From the IMG/VR virus record IMGVR_UViG_3300020577_006613, positions 36,329 to 100,328 of that record: a stretch of DNA of 64,000 bases; one strand, 5' to 3'. Position numbers and translations under genes: made by a program. This DNA comes from a virus. Taxonomy: Duplodnaviria > Caudoviricetes. The notes below the pieces were generated by a model. The model made no database searches and was not told where the DNA came from. It saw only the letters and a list, made by a program, of their open reading frames with translations. Shown piece by piece: positions 25,796-36,194 of the stretch; positions within the stretch are counted from its first letter, which is position 1, and every line of letters starts with the position of its first letter.

Positions 25796-25888
25796 AAAAG
25801 AACGAACTTAAGAAGGATAAAGAAACCTTCGTCGGTAAGTTTCATAAAGACATCCACTTACGAGTGGAGGCCTACCTGGAGGCCCCTT

Positions 25889-26842
25889 ATGAAACTGATA
25901 CTCTTTGTCTTTTCTGTTCTTCTTGTTCTTTTCTCTAAACCAGCGTTTTCTAGCGTAACAATAGTTCCGCTGAAAGCAAATGACAAAGCAATCGACAACT
26001 TTCCGTTTGTTGGCATGATGATTAATGTCAGCAACAATTCTTGCGGATCTGGAACCGTCATTGGCGACGGTTCTTTTGTCTTAACGGCCAGGCATGTTGT
26101 AACTCATAATGGCTCGGATATGGGAATGTTGCTAGATGGCTCTAACTTTGTCTTTGTAATAGGGGATAAGAAGTACAAAGTCTTGAATGTTTATGGACAT
26201 CCTTCAGCAGACATAGCAATAGTCAAGATTGACGGAATACATCAACAAGCAGCAAAGCTTTCGTTTTCAACTCGTTTTATAGACAAAGAGTTCTACGGAA
26301 CAGGTTATGGTAAGGGGTCGTCTTCAACTACATCAAAGTGCATAGATTGGAACTTGGAATACGGAACTATGCGAGTCTATAAGAACAAGATGGATACCGA
26401 GTTTATTAGCCTCAAGATTTCTGATTCAAACATAACAATGACGAGAGTATTCGTTTTCGACCTTAGCGATCCCAATACGCTAGGGAAAAGTGATGGAGCT
26501 ATTGAGGGCGAAGGAATGCACGGCCCCGGCGACTCTGGTGGCGGTATCTTTGTTATTGAGGATGGAGAGCTTCATCTTTTCGGCGTTATATCAGCATTAA
26601 CTCAAGAAGCTCCATATATGGGATTTGTGCATGATGTTTCTGCATGTAAAGAATGGATTGAGTCTATTGTGAAAAATGCGGTTGCCGTTCCTAAGCTCCA
26701 AGCCCTAGGCGAACAGAATAGCATTATCGGTGAAGCCCTAAAAGCGCCTTCACCAAAAGTCGATACACCTATCACTCCTTTCTTGAGTAACGAAAGGCGA
26801 AGACGTAGCAGGATACCCCCATTCGATGAAATGCCCTTTTAA
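25889..26842 (+). CDS. secreted trypsin-like serine protease
   Basis: Signal peptide; LTARH, DIAI, GDSGGG triad. Confidence 0.9.
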   Translation: MKLILFVFSVLLVLFSKPAFSSVTIVPLKANDKAIDNFPFVGMMINVSNNSCGSGTVIGDGSFVLTARHVVTHNGSDMGMLLDGSNFVFVIGDKKYKVLNVYGHPSADIAIVKIDGIHQQAAKLSFSTRFIDKEFYGTGYGKGSSSTTSKCIDWNLEYGTMRVYKNKMDTEFISLKISDSNITMTRVFVFDLSDPNTLGKSDGAIEGEGMHGPGDSGGGIFVIEDGELHLFGVISALTQEAPYMGFVHDVSACKEWIESIVKNAVAVPKLQALGEQNSIIGEALKAPSPKVDTPITPFLSNERRRRSRIPPFDEMPF

Positions 26843-27686
26843 CTTTTCGAAGAACAAACCAGAAGAGATCAACTCTGAATGTTGGTTGAAGGTTTTCAGA
26901 TTGCATCCATCTGGTGTTGGTATTGAAAAAGCAAACAACAAGCTAAATGGGGATGCCAATGAAGGCGCAGTCAAATACTGCGGCCCCTATATTCATGCCA
27001 ACCAGTCTGGTTGGTGGCTAACCTCTCCCATAGATGTTGACATAACCTATCGAGGTAATGGACAATACGAAGAGAACTTTCTGTCCGAATACGAACCTTT
27101 AGAAAAGTTCGTTATCAGGTCCAACCTTCGACCCAATGACAAATTTAGGGATGAAGGCAGAACTCTTATTGGAAAGGGCGTTGCGGCTCCTGAAGTTTAC
27201 CAGATATGGACAGGTTGCATTTTTAAGACACCTCCAGGTTGGGGTCTTCATATTAGAACTCCGATCAACTTTACGCAAGTTCATCGTCGTCCATTCTGGA
27301 TTCAAGAAGGCATGCTTGAAACTGACTGGATGGCATATGACATTTGGATCAATCTGGAATTCCACACCATAAACCAAACAGTTTCTTTGCGCAGAAATAT
27401 GTGGCCTCCATTAGCCCAAATAATACCTGTACGCAGAGAGTCATATCAAAACAAATGGTCAATGACTGACGAAATCCTTGACTCTTCAAGAGAAGATCAT
27501 AAAGAGGTTTGGGATTTTTGGCAGGAATACAACTGGCGCAAGTGGAAGGCTATGGGAGAGAAAGATACTCGAACATACCACAAAACAAGAAAAGAAGCCA
27601 TGAGGCATCTCTACCCAACTCAGGAAACGACGGATTCTTCACCAGAATCTTTGCCGAACGAGGACGGTAGCCCTCCTGTCGCCTAG
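26826..27686 (+). CDS. DUF6065-like protein
   Basis: YCGP...AN..GW, F.TPPGW.L, EGMLETDW, PLAQIIPV.R. Confidence 0.6.
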   Translation: MKCPFNFSKNKPEEINSECWLKVFRLHPSGVGIEKANNKLNGDANEGAVKYCGPYIHANQSGWWLTSPIDVDITYRGNGQYEENFLSEYEPLEKFVIRSNLRPNDKFRDEGRTLIGKGVAAPEVYQIWTGCIFKTPPGWGLHIRTPINFTQVHRRPFWIQEGMLETDWMAYDIWINLEFHTINQTVSLRRNMWPPLAQIIPVRRESYQNKWSMTDEILDSSREDHKEVWDFWQEYNWRKWKAMGEKDTRTYHKTRKEAMRHLYPTQETTDSSPESLPNEDGSPPVA

Positions 27687-27753
27687 TATTCAACTCTAAG
27701 GCTAGACTTTCGCTAACAACTTGGTCTGTAAGACGTTCAAGACGGAGCAATTC

Positions 27754-29691
27754 ATGTCGAACAATGTATCAGGGTACAGTGGAGACAAAATCCAGGTACT
27801 CAAGGGTCTCGAAGCAGTTAGGCATCGGCCCGCAATGTATATTGGTGATACCGAGAAAAAAGGTCTTCACCATCTTGCCTCAGAGATTCTCGATAACTCT
27901 GTTGACGAGGCAATGGCTGGTCATGCCAAGAATATCTCAATCATTCTCTTTGCTGATGGAGAAACAATCTCCATTGAAGATGATGGTCGTGGTATTCCTG
28001 TCGATATGCACCCAACAGAGGGCAAATCGGCACTTGAAGTTGCAATGACAATGCTCCATGCTGGCGGAAAGATGACTTCCGATTCCAGCGGCTATGTCGC
28101 ATCTGGTGGATTGCACGGCGTTGGCGCTTCTTGCGTAAACGCCTTGTCTGATTCCATGATCGTTGAGGTTCACCGAGAAGGATACCTCTGGCGTCAGGAA
28201 TACTCCAAGGGCGAGCCTTTGACCAAAGTTCAAAAGGTTCGTAAGCTCGAAAAGGGCGAAAAGCCTACAGGCACGAAAACGACTTGGCATGCAGATATCT
28301 TGATCTTCAAGGCGGGCGTAAAGCTCGATGAGCATGAGATTACCCGCAGACTCAGAGAAGTTGCCTTCCTCAACAAAGGACTGCGCATTACCTTTGAGAA
28401 TCAGGCAACAGGCTCAAAGCAAGATTTCAAGTTTGACGGCGGCATCGGCGATTACGTTCTTTATCTGATTCAGAACAAGAATGGTATTTATCCTGATGCT
28501 CCCATCTACGGCCTCAAGACCGCCGAAAAGATGCAGATTGAAATTGCTCTTTCATGGACGGACGATGACGATGGCCTCCTGTTCTCTTACGCAAACAACA
28601 TCTACACCTTCGATGGCGGCACGCATCTTTCAGGATTCAAGACTTCGCTTACCAGAACGGTAAACAAGCTTGCGTTTGCAGCAGGACTTATCAAGGAAAA
28701 TGGAGAATCCCTCGAAGGTAAGGATATCCAGGAAGGCCTTACTGCTGTCGTAAGCATTCGTTTGTCGCAGCCTCAATTCGGAGGCGGTAACACCAAGGCA
28801 AAGCTGGTAACCCCAGAAGCAGAAGCTCTTGTAAGCGGCGTAACTTCCGATGTTTTGACCGACTTCTTTGAACGCAACCCCAAGGCCCTTGCTAAGGTTG
28901 TGGAAAGAGCCGTTCTTGCTCAGCGCGCCAGAAAGGCAGCTAAGGATGCTGCCAGCACCTTGAAGAAGAAGAGTTTCTTGGGCAATAGCGGTCGAATCCC
29001 CAGTAAGCTCAGGGATTGCCGTAGCGGAGACAACTCTATAACCGAGTTGTTTATCGTCGAAGGTGATTCCGCTGCCGGCTCTGCAAGCGGCGGAAGAGAC
29101 AGCGAAACTCAGGCAATCTTGTCTAACAAGGGTAAGATTATCAACGCCGAGAAAAGCGATTTCGCAGACCTCATGAAGAATGAAGAAGTCATCAACCTGA
29201 TGATTTCGATTGGCACAGGAGTCAAGGATAACTTTGACCTGTCTAAGCTCAAGTACGGCAAGATCATCATCATGTCGGACGCCGACGATGATGGATACCA
29301 CATTCGTACTCTACTGCTTACGTTCTTCTACCGTTTCATGCGACCTCTTATTGAGCATGGTCATGTTTACATTGCTCAAGCCCCTCTTTACATGATTGAA
29401 AGAAAGAGCGATCCTATCTACTGCTGGAATGATCAGGATCTCAAGGACCAGTTGGCTAAACTTGGTTCCAAGTTTGATGTCAAGCGGTTCAAGGGTCTGG
29501 GCGAAATGGATGCTGAACAGCTTGCAGAAACAACCATGCGCAAGGGAAAGCGTCACCTTCTTCAGGTAAGCATGGAAGACGCCGCCGAAGCTGAACGTAT
29601 CCTGACTGTGTTGATGGGAAAGAACGTCCCTCTTCGTCGTCAGCATATCATGGAAAACGTCAATAACTGTCTTGTTTCCGTTGGAGATTGA
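27754..29691 (+). CDS. gyrB: DNA gyrase subunit B
   Basis: LEAVRHRPAMYIG, EILDNSVDE, GGLHGVG, EGDSA, DADDDG, RFKGLGEM. Confidence 0.95.
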   Translation: MSNNVSGYSGDKIQVLKGLEAVRHRPAMYIGDTEKKGLHHLASEILDNSVDEAMAGHAKNISIILFADGETISIEDDGRGIPVDMHPTEGKSALEVAMTMLHAGGKMTSDSSGYVASGGLHGVGASCVNALSDSMIVEVHREGYLWRQEYSKGEPLTKVQKVRKLEKGEKPTGTKTTWHADILIFKAGVKLDEHEITRRLREVAFLNKGLRITFENQATGSKQDFKFDGGIGDYVLYLIQNKNGIYPDAPIYGLKTAEKMQIEIALSWTDDDDGLLFSYANNIYTFDGGTHLSGFKTSLTRTVNKLAFAAGLIKENGESLEGKDIQEGLTAVVSIRLSQPQFGGGNTKAKLVTPEAEALVSGVTSDVLTDFFERNPKALAKVVERAVLAQRARKAAKDAASTLKKKSFLGNSGRIPSKLRDCRSGDNSITELFIVEGDSAAGSASGGRDSETQAILSNKGKIINAEKSDFADLMKNEEVINLMISIGTGVKDNFDLSKLKYGKIIIMSDADDDGYHIRTLLLTFFYRFMRPLIEHGHVYIAQAPLYMIERKSDPIYCWNDQDLKDQLAKLGSKFDVKRFKGLGEMDAEQLAETTMRKGKRHLLQVSMEDAAEAERILTVLMGKNVPLRRQHIMENVNNCLVSVGD

Positions 29692-29699
29692 GAACCTAT

Positions 29700-32270
29700 A
29701 TGTCTAAGAAAAAGAATCAGGTCGTTGTTGATGTTCCTGACAAGGTTACTGCTGAAGAATTCAGCAGCGTAATGAATGCGGCTTACATTCGATATGCCTA
29801 TAAGGTAATCGAAGACCGAGCCATTCCTGACGCAAGAGATGGAATGAAGCCGTCTCAGCGCCGCATCTTGTACGCTATGGACCAGCTTGGTCTTCAGCCG
29901 AACAAGAAGCATATGAAGTGCGCCAAGATTTGCGGCAACACTTCGGGCGATTATCACCCTCACGGTGAAGCCGTTGTTTACCCGACTCTTGTGAAGATGG
30001 CTCAGAGTTGGGGTATGCGTACTCCTCTTGTTGACCCTCAAGGTAACTTCGGCAGCATTGACGGCGACCCGCCCGCTGCTATGCGATATACAGAAGCCAA
30101 GCTTTCCGCTGCTGGCGCTGTTCTTATGGAAGACCTTTCTCCAAGGGTTGTTCCATACAAGCGCAACTACGACGACTCCAAGGAAGAGCCTACTGTCCTT
30201 CCTGCCAAGCTGCCTAATCTTTTGCTGAACGGCGGCTCTGGTATCGCAGTCGGTTACGCGACCAACATTCCTCCGCACAACTTGCGAGAACTCGCAAACG
30301 TGTTTGAGGCGTTCGTCAAGAATCCCAATATCACCGCAGCCGAAATCATTCGTATCATGCCTGGCCCTGACTTCCCCACGGGAGGAAGACTTATGGGACA
30401 GGAAGGCGTTCTGGACTATTACCAGAATGGTCGAGGCAGCATCAAGGTTGAAGGCGTTTACTCGATTGAAGTTGACGCAAAGGGCAACGAAAGCATCGTT
30501 GTTACAGAATTCCCCGAAGGCGGTTCGCCTGAAAAGTTCAGAGAAGAAGTCAAAGACCTTATTGAAAGAGAGAAGATTGGCGGAGTTTCTGACCTCGCCA
30601 ACTACTCTTCTAACAAGGATGGAACCAGGGTTGTTGTTGAAGTTGGCCGTAACGGAAACGCCAAAGTAATTCTCAACCATCTCCTGTCTCACACTTGTTT
30701 GCGGGTTAGCTTCTCTATCAATGCAACCGTACTGATTGACGGCAAGCTGTATGCTCATGCCCCAATCACGATGCTGATTAAGGCCTTCATTGACCACCGG
30801 CAGGAAGTGATCAACAAGAAGTTCAACGCTGAACTTGCTGACGCTAAGGACCGCATTGAAGTTCTGGAAGGCCTTATCAATGTTGCTTCCAAGATTGACG
30901 AAGCAATCAAGCTGATTCGCTCCGCAGAGAACGCCGAAGATGCGGCTAGACTTCTGATGGAAAAGAAGCTCGTCACAACCGAGCGTCAGGCAAAGGCTGT
31001 TCTTGCGATTACTCTTGCAAAGCTCACGAAGCTTGAACACAATTCGCTTGTTGACGAAAAGAACAAGAAGGTTGAACGGGTTGCTTGGCTCAACAAGACG
31101 CTTGCTAGCCAGACCGACATTCTTCAGATCGTTGTCAATGAACAGAAGGAACTGGCAGCAAAGATTGGAGATGACCGCAGAACTAAGGTTGAGGCAGCGG
31201 CTGGTAACATCGCCGTTGCTGACCTTATCGACGTTGAAGATGTTGTTGTCTGCATCACTACTGACGATTGCATCAAGCGCGTTCCGTTGAGCGAATACAA
31301 GAAGCAGAATCTTGGAGGCCACGGCGTCTCTTCCGCAAATGGTAAGGAAGATGTTTTGATGCAGCATATGTTCTCTGCGTCAACTCATGACGACCTTCTC
31401 TGCTTTACTGATACCGGCAGAGTCTTCTCTATCAAGGTCTTTGAACTGCCGGAAGCAACAAGAACCGCCAGAGGTCGCCCGATTATCAACTTCATCAACC
31501 TGAAGGATGGCGAAAAGGTTTGCGCTTACTTGCCCATCAAGGGACTTGGCAAGCAGCAGATTTTCCTCAACTTCATCTCTCGTAACGGCATTATCAAGCG
31601 CGCCGCTCTTCGCCAGTATGCAAAGATCAACCAGTCCGGTATCATTGCAACTAAGGTCAAGGATGGTGACAAGATTGTTGCCGTTCTTGTTTCGAAGGGC
31701 ATTGATGATATCCTGCTTGTCACCCATCTCGGAAACGCAATCCGCTTCAGTGAACTTGAAATCCGTATCTCTGGCCGCAACTCTCAGGGAGTAACGGGCA
31801 TCAAGATTACTGACGACGAAGACTACGTTGTTGGCGGTATTGCAATCCCCATGCGCTATGACAGCGACGGAGACACTATTACCGACGACAAGGAGCTTAC
31901 CATGATGACCCTTACCAATAAGGGCTGGGGTAAGCGTACTAATGTTGACGAATACCTTGTTGCTCCTGGCGACGGTTCCAAGCTGCGTCAGCAGATGCGC
32001 GGCGGCAAGGGTCGCATTGATATCAACCTTGAAGGCAAGGCTGGTAAGAGCGTTGGAGTTATCCCTCTCAAGAAGGGTAACGATATCGTTGTCATTACGA
32101 AGCAGGGGCAGATGGTTAGAGTCTCCGCTGATAATGTCAGAGTTATGAACAGAGGAACCAACGGTAGCAGGCTTATCAAGCTTGGAGATGGCGATGAAGT
32201 CCTTGCGGCATCTCCTGTTGCAAAGGAAGTTGAAGAAGCCATTACCGAAGAACTCGTTGCTGCTAACTAA
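29700..32270 (+). CDS. gyrA: DNA gyrase subunit A
   Basis: DGMKPSQRR, YHPHG, AAMRYTE, beta-pinwheel CTD with QNLGGHG and QMRGGKG boxes. Confidence 0.95.
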   Translation: MSKKKNQVVVDVPDKVTAEEFSSVMNAAYIRYAYKVIEDRAIPDARDGMKPSQRRILYAMDQLGLQPNKKHMKCAKICGNTSGDYHPHGEAVVYPTLVKMAQSWGMRTPLVDPQGNFGSIDGDPPAAMRYTEAKLSAAGAVLMEDLSPRVVPYKRNYDDSKEEPTVLPAKLPNLLLNGGSGIAVGYATNIPPHNLRELANVFEAFVKNPNITAAEIIRIMPGPDFPTGGRLMGQEGVLDYYQNGRGSIKVEGVYSIEVDAKGNESIVVTEFPEGGSPEKFREEVKDLIEREKIGGVSDLANYSSNKDGTRVVVEVGRNGNAKVILNHLLSHTCLRVSFSINATVLIDGKLYAHAPITMLIKAFIDHRQEVINKKFNAELADAKDRIEVLEGLINVASKIDEAIKLIRSAENAEDAARLLMEKKLVTTERQAKAVLAITLAKLTKLEHNSLVDEKNKKVERVAWLNKTLASQTDILQIVVNEQKELAAKIGDDRRTKVEAAAGNIAVADLIDVEDVVVCITTDDCIKRVPLSEYKKQNLGGHGVSSANGKEDVLMQHMFSASTHDDLLCFTDTGRVFSIKVFELPEATRTARGRPIINFINLKDGEKVCAYLPIKGLGKQQIFLNFISRNGIIKRAALRQYAKINQSGIIATKVKDGDKIVAVLVSKGIDDILLVTHLGNAIRFSELEIRISGRNSQGVTGIKITDDEDYVVGGIAIPMRYDSDGDTITDDKELTMMTLTNKGWGKRTNVDEYLVAPGDGSKLRQQMRGGKGRIDINLEGKAGKSVGVIPLKKGNDIVVITKQGQMVRVSADNVRVMNRGTNGSRLIKLGDGDEVLAASPVAKEVEEAITEELVAAN

Positions 32271-32282
32271 GGATATTCGTAG

Positions 32283-32528
32283 ATGCTTGGGTTCCGAAAA
32301 TTCTTTAGCAGAGCAATGGCAACTGTATCTAGCCTAAGAGTCTACATTCCCAAAAATCCACGATATAAGGTCAAAAGAGCATGGTGTTCCATAACAGACA
32401 CAGCTTCTGGCGATGAGTCTGACATAGAACTTGCGATTGAGATTGAAGAGAAAATGAGCAGAATAAAAATCTGTAGAATAACAACTAGCTCCAACCAGAT
32501 CGTTGTTAGCCTTAAGGTGGAAAAATGA
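32283..32528 (+). CDS. hypothetical protein
   Basis: Coupled to next gene. Confidence 0.55.
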   Translation: MLGFRKFFSRAMATVSSLRVYIPKNPRYKVKRAWCSITDTASGDESDIELAIEIEEKMSRIKICRITTSSNQIVVSLKVEK

Positions 32529-33460
32529 GCAACATCATCCTCATTGTTGGCTATCAAGCGTCTGGTAAATCAACGCTCTCTCAAACACTTATCAATCAAG
32601 GCTACATTCATATCAACAGAGACAAAGAGGGTGGTTCTATTGCCGGTCTTGTTCCTCTCGTTGAGGCTGCTATCAAAAGCGGCAAGAATGTAGTCCTTGA
32701 CAACACCTTCCCTACCAAAGCTGGCAGGAAGATGTTCATTGACCTTGCTCATAAGCACAAGGCAAGCATTACTTGCTATTGGCTCAATACGAGCATTGAA
32801 GATGCGCAGTTCAACGCTTGCTCTCGACTCGTAAAGATGTTTGGCTCATTGCCGAGCAATAACGATATCAAGAAGTCTAAACATCCCAATGTCTTTCCTG
32901 CTGCTGCGCTCTTTGGATACCGCAAAGAATTTGAGAAACCAACGACGCAGGAAGGTTTTGATAAGGTTGAGGTTATTGAATTCGCAAGAGTCATAGACCC
33001 GACCTATAACAAGAAGGCCTTGCTTCTTGACTTTGACGGTACTTTGAGAGACACGAAAAGCGGCGCAAAATTTCCAACAGACCCGAACGACATTTTCATC
33101 CTTCCTGGCAGAAAAGAACTTCTTCAAGCCAAGAAGAAAGAGGGTTACATACTGCTTGGAGTAAGCAATCAAAGCGGAGTAGAAAAGGGCGATCTTACAA
33201 TGGAGCAGGCAAAAGCTTGCTTTGATAAGACAATCGAACTTCTTGGAGTTGATATTGATGTTTCGTTCTGTCCTCACAGAGTACCGCCCATTAGTTGCTA
33301 TTGTCGCAAACCGATGCCCGGACTTCCGGTTCAATTCATTGAAAAATACAAACTTAATCCATCTCTTTGCATTCTTGTAGGGGATATGACTACAGATAAA
33401 ACTTGTGCAGCAAGAGCAGGAATGCAATTTGTTTCTGCTGATGAATTTTTCAAAGGATAA
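32525..33460 (+). CDS. polynucleotide 5'-kinase/3'-phosphatase (PNKP)
   Basis: GYQASGKST, INRD, LDNT; HAD DFDGTL, SNQSG, CRKP.PG, VGD..TD. Confidence 0.9.
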   Translation: MSNIILIVGYQASGKSTLSQTLINQGYIHINRDKEGGSIAGLVPLVEAAIKSGKNVVLDNTFPTKAGRKMFIDLAHKHKASITCYWLNTSIEDAQFNACSRLVKMFGSLPSNNDIKKSKHPNVFPAAALFGYRKEFEKPTTQEGFDKVEVIEFARVIDPTYNKKALLLDFDGTLRDTKSGAKFPTDPNDIFILPGRKELLQAKKKEGYILLGVSNQSGVEKGDLTMEQAKACFDKTIELLGVDIDVSFCPHRVPPISCYCRKPMPGLPVQFIEKYKLNPSLCILVGDMTTDKTCAARAGMQFVSADEFFKG

Positions 33461-33466
33461 TTAAAT

Positions 33467-33508
33467 CTTCTGTCGAAAACCTATATATCAATAGGCTTTT
33501 GACAGGAG
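33467..33508 (+). promoter_or_regulatory. RBS-sequestering hairpin of HNH gene
   Basis: CTTCTGTCGAAAACCTAT-ATATCA-ATAGGCTTTTGACAGGAG; 3' arm contains GGAG. Confidence 0.7.
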
Positions 33509-33514
33509 ATATCC

Positions 33515-34018
33515 ATGAAATGCAACAGATGCAAGGCAGAAAAACCAGAGTCCGAATTTGTTTCAGGTTCTAAAAGATGCTCTAAATGCCGAGTTTATCT
33601 TGCGAAATACTACAAGAAAAATAGAAGAGCGTCCATTGAAAGAGCAACTAAGAGCCAAAATAAAGATAGAGACAGGACCAACGCCTATAAACGCAGCCTC
33701 ATTCGAAAAAATCCTGTAAACTATATGTTTGGACAAGTTAAAAGTAGGGCCAAAAAGTTTGGAATAGAATTCGATATTGAAAAATCGGACATTCAAATTC
33801 CTGATATATGTCCTGTTCTTGGATTAAGACTAGAAATAGGAAATATCAAGTGTCATTCTAGTTCTCCAACTCTTGACCGTATTGATTCCTCAAAGGGCTA
33901 TGTAAAAGGCAATGTTCATGTTATATCGCATAAAGCCAACACAATTAAGAGCAATGCTTCTCTTGAAGATTTGCAAAAAGTTGTTGATTTCCTGCGAGCC
34001 ATGTCGTTGCGGCTTTAG
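33515..34018 (+). CDS. HNH homing endonuclease
   Basis: CNRC/CSKC finger; CPVLG...SPTLDRIDSSKGY.KGNV.VIS.KAN.IK; AT-rich. Confidence 0.9.
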   Translation: MKCNRCKAEKPESEFVSGSKRCSKCRVYLAKYYKKNRRASIERATKSQNKDRDRTNAYKRSLIRKNPVNYMFGQVKSRAKKFGIEFDIEKSDIQIPDICPVLGLRLEIGNIKCHSSSPTLDRIDSSKGYVKGNVHVISHKANTIKSNASLEDLQKVVDFLRAMSLRL

Positions 34019-34046
34019 GTTTGCTGATGCTGATGAGTTCTTTGGG
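34005..34046 (+). pseudogene. displaced original 3' end of PNKP
   Basis: Translates RCGFRFADADEFFG vs current C-terminus RAGMQFVSADEFFK. Confidence 0.75.
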
Positions 34047-34139
34047 GCTAGACTTTTGCCACAAAATAGTTGAATGCTTGCTTTGATTGCCTACTATTTG
34101 ACTGGATTGCTCAAGGACTCTTACAAAGGAAGCAAAAAA

Positions 34140-35450
34140 ATGACAGCAACCCTTACGGCGGAAAAGAAGACAACCAAGGCGCAACGTCTTGCAGAGTTTA
34201 GGGAACAATTTATTTGTCCCTTTAACGGCACTCTCAAGTCGCCTCTTGACATTAGTAGGTTCAGTGAAAAAGACGCAAGACCTACAAATGACGAAGTTAT
34301 CGCCAATTTGCCGACTCTTTCAGAATACCTGAAAGACCGTCGCTCTCCTGTTGCTTATGGGCTTTACGACGTTGTAAAGCTCGACGATTCTGAATACAAG
34401 AATGTGTTTATTCCAGGCGTCTGCTCAAATCACGCCGAGATCCTGTTCATCAATCCTGAAAACGGCTTTACATACAGAAGCGAAGAAAGCCTTCCTAATC
34501 TTACGCCTTCTTCTCATTTTCTCGCTTACCTCGAAACTGGTCAAAGAGAGTCGGAAGTTAACGATTATGGGCGATATGTCGAAGATGGTCCGGCCCTTGA
34601 CGGTGACTACCTTCCTGGAGCCTTGCTGATTGGCAATGAACTTTTGATTAACGCCGACGAGGATGTTGCTGATCTGGATTTTGTTGCAAGCGAAAACTAC
34701 AAGGAAAGACCTTGCGTAAGCTTCAATTGCCTTGTTAACCTTATCGAAGACAAGGTTATTACTTCTACCTCCGCAAGAGAAAAGGTTCTTGATAAAGCAG
34801 ATATTGAAATCCTTGCTTTCTCTGTTGCAGAAACCCGCAAGATTACCAAGACTCTTCAGGCATCGCTGACGGCTGCTCGTAAGTCTTCAAATTTCAGGTT
34901 CCTTGCTTGGGGAGCCAAGCAGACTCCTCCTGCTCCTGGCTTCTCTCTGGTCAATACTTCTCCTGCAACATGGCACAAGTCGGCAACCGTTTTGATTCGC
35001 AGCGGCAAGAGAACTTTCCTCATGGGGCAGGATGAGGGAACCTACTTCGGCTGTATCCTCGCTGACAATCCTTCTAGCATTGACGATGCTTATACTTCAC
35101 TGATGCCGGAAGAGGCTCGCGGAGTCAAGGGAGTTCTTCGACAGGGAGAGTGGTTCGCTATTCCTGTTCGCAATCAGAAGTCGGTTCCTAACCAGTTTTC
35201 TCCTGAAACGATTCTCTGGACCGACATCAACAATGACGATACCGCTCTTTGCTTTGGTATTGAGGATGATAGCTCCAATCATCACCATTTCAGAGGCGAG
35301 GTAATCATCACCAAGGATGGTCGCTATTTTGCTCGCGACTTCTCAATTGAACACGACGAGCATGCTTCTATGCGGGGAGAGAACGGTATCTGGTATACCT
35401 TCGCTCGTAATACGGCAAAGGCGTCGTACTCTGCTGAACGGGTTGACTAA
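34140..35450 (+). CDS. hypothetical phage protein (RQGEWF, His-rich C-terminus)
   Basis: Long ORF, AAGGA RBS, downstream of 11-mer. Confidence 0.8.
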   Translation: MTATLTAEKKTTKAQRLAEFREQFICPFNGTLKSPLDISRFSEKDARPTNDEVIANLPTLSEYLKDRRSPVAYGLYDVVKLDDSEYKNVFIPGVCSNHAEILFINPENGFTYRSEESLPNLTPSSHFLAYLETGQRESEVNDYGRYVEDGPALDGDYLPGALLIGNELLINADEDVADLDFVASENYKERPCVSFNCLVNLIEDKVITSTSAREKVLDKADIEILAFSVAETRKITKTLQASLTAARKSSNFRFLAWGAKQTPPAPGFSLVNTSPATWHKSATVLIRSGKRTFLMGQDEGTYFGCILADNPSSIDDAYTSLMPEEARGVKGVLRQGEWFAIPVRNQKSVPNQFSPETILWTDINNDDTALCFGIEDDSSNHHHFRGEVIITKDGRYFARDFSIEHDEHASMRGENGIWYTFARNTAKASYSAERVD

Positions 35451-35461
35451 TCAAAATCAAC

Positions 35462-35493
35462 AAAGGCCCGCTCAACGGCGGGCTTTTGCTTTT
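35462..35493 (+). terminator. intrinsic terminator
   Basis: GCCCGC-TCAACG-GCGGGC-TTTT. Confidence 0.75.
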
Positions 35494-35527
35494 AACGGCT
35501 AGACTTTCTGGCAGAAAAGAGAGACCT

Positions 35528-35974
35528 ATGGCAAAGAAGGTAACAAAAGAACAACAGGTAGAAATAGAATACTCAAAACGCTGCGAAAGAGTAGCCAGTC
35601 TTCTTGGCGTTCAGGTCTTTGGAGGCAGCGCTGGCGTAGGATTCACCACAACTAATCAGGTACATATACCTCATGTTGTGGTTGACTTTCTTGACAATCC
35701 AGAGGCAGAAGAAGACCCAATCATGAAGCGGTTGGTTGACTGGATTGCTGAGAAGAACTATGCTAGAGGGCATAGAACCGGCGAACTCCTCAGAGACGCC
35801 CTTACTTGCATAAACAAGATGAAACGAGGACTTAGACGATTCAAAGCTCCTCCTGGTACGGTTGTTGATGACAAGGGAGAAGTTATCAAAGGCTCCTGGA
35901 CCATCAAGAACGGTGGACATGGTGAGTATTGGTGGCGGTTCGATGCGCAAGAAGTTGTAAGCGATGACGACTAA
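35528..35974 (+). CDS. hypothetical protein
   Basis: ATG 20 nt after 11-mer. Confidence 0.65.
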   Translation: MAKKVTKEQQVEIEYSKRCERVASLLGVQVFGGSAGVGFTTTNQVHIPHVVVDFLDNPEAEEDPIMKRLVDWIAEKNYARGHRTGELLRDALTCINKMKRGLRRFKAPPGTVVDDKGEVIKGSWTIKNGGHGEYWWRFDAQEVVSDDD

Positions 35975-36194
35975 AGAATCAAAGCACAAGCCATACTCAT
36001 GCCCCGAATGTACCGCTTCTTGTACTTTCGAGGCTATGGTTTTTTGTGTAAGAGACAACGATGAAGAGTGCCCCGTTATCTGCGATCTAAAGTCAGGCAA
36101 GATAACTGATAGAAGGCCTGATGATTTAGACCCCAATTTCCCTTCCATCTTCACCTACACAGAGATAACGAATGAAAGAATACCCGTCCATTGA
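35964..36194 (+). CDS. small Cys-rich protein
   Basis: CPEC..C, CPVIC. Confidence 0.55.
   Translation: MTTKESKHKPYSCPECTASCTFEAMVFCVRDNDEECPVICDLKSGKITDRRPDDLDPNFPSIFTYTEITNERIPVH

Noticed and set aside
29640-31367. Long minus-strand ORFs (also 7551-8942, 17533-18642, 43092-44027, 60013-61125)
   Set aside because: They are antisense shadows of well-supported plus-strand genes with biased codon usage and show no recognisable motifs.
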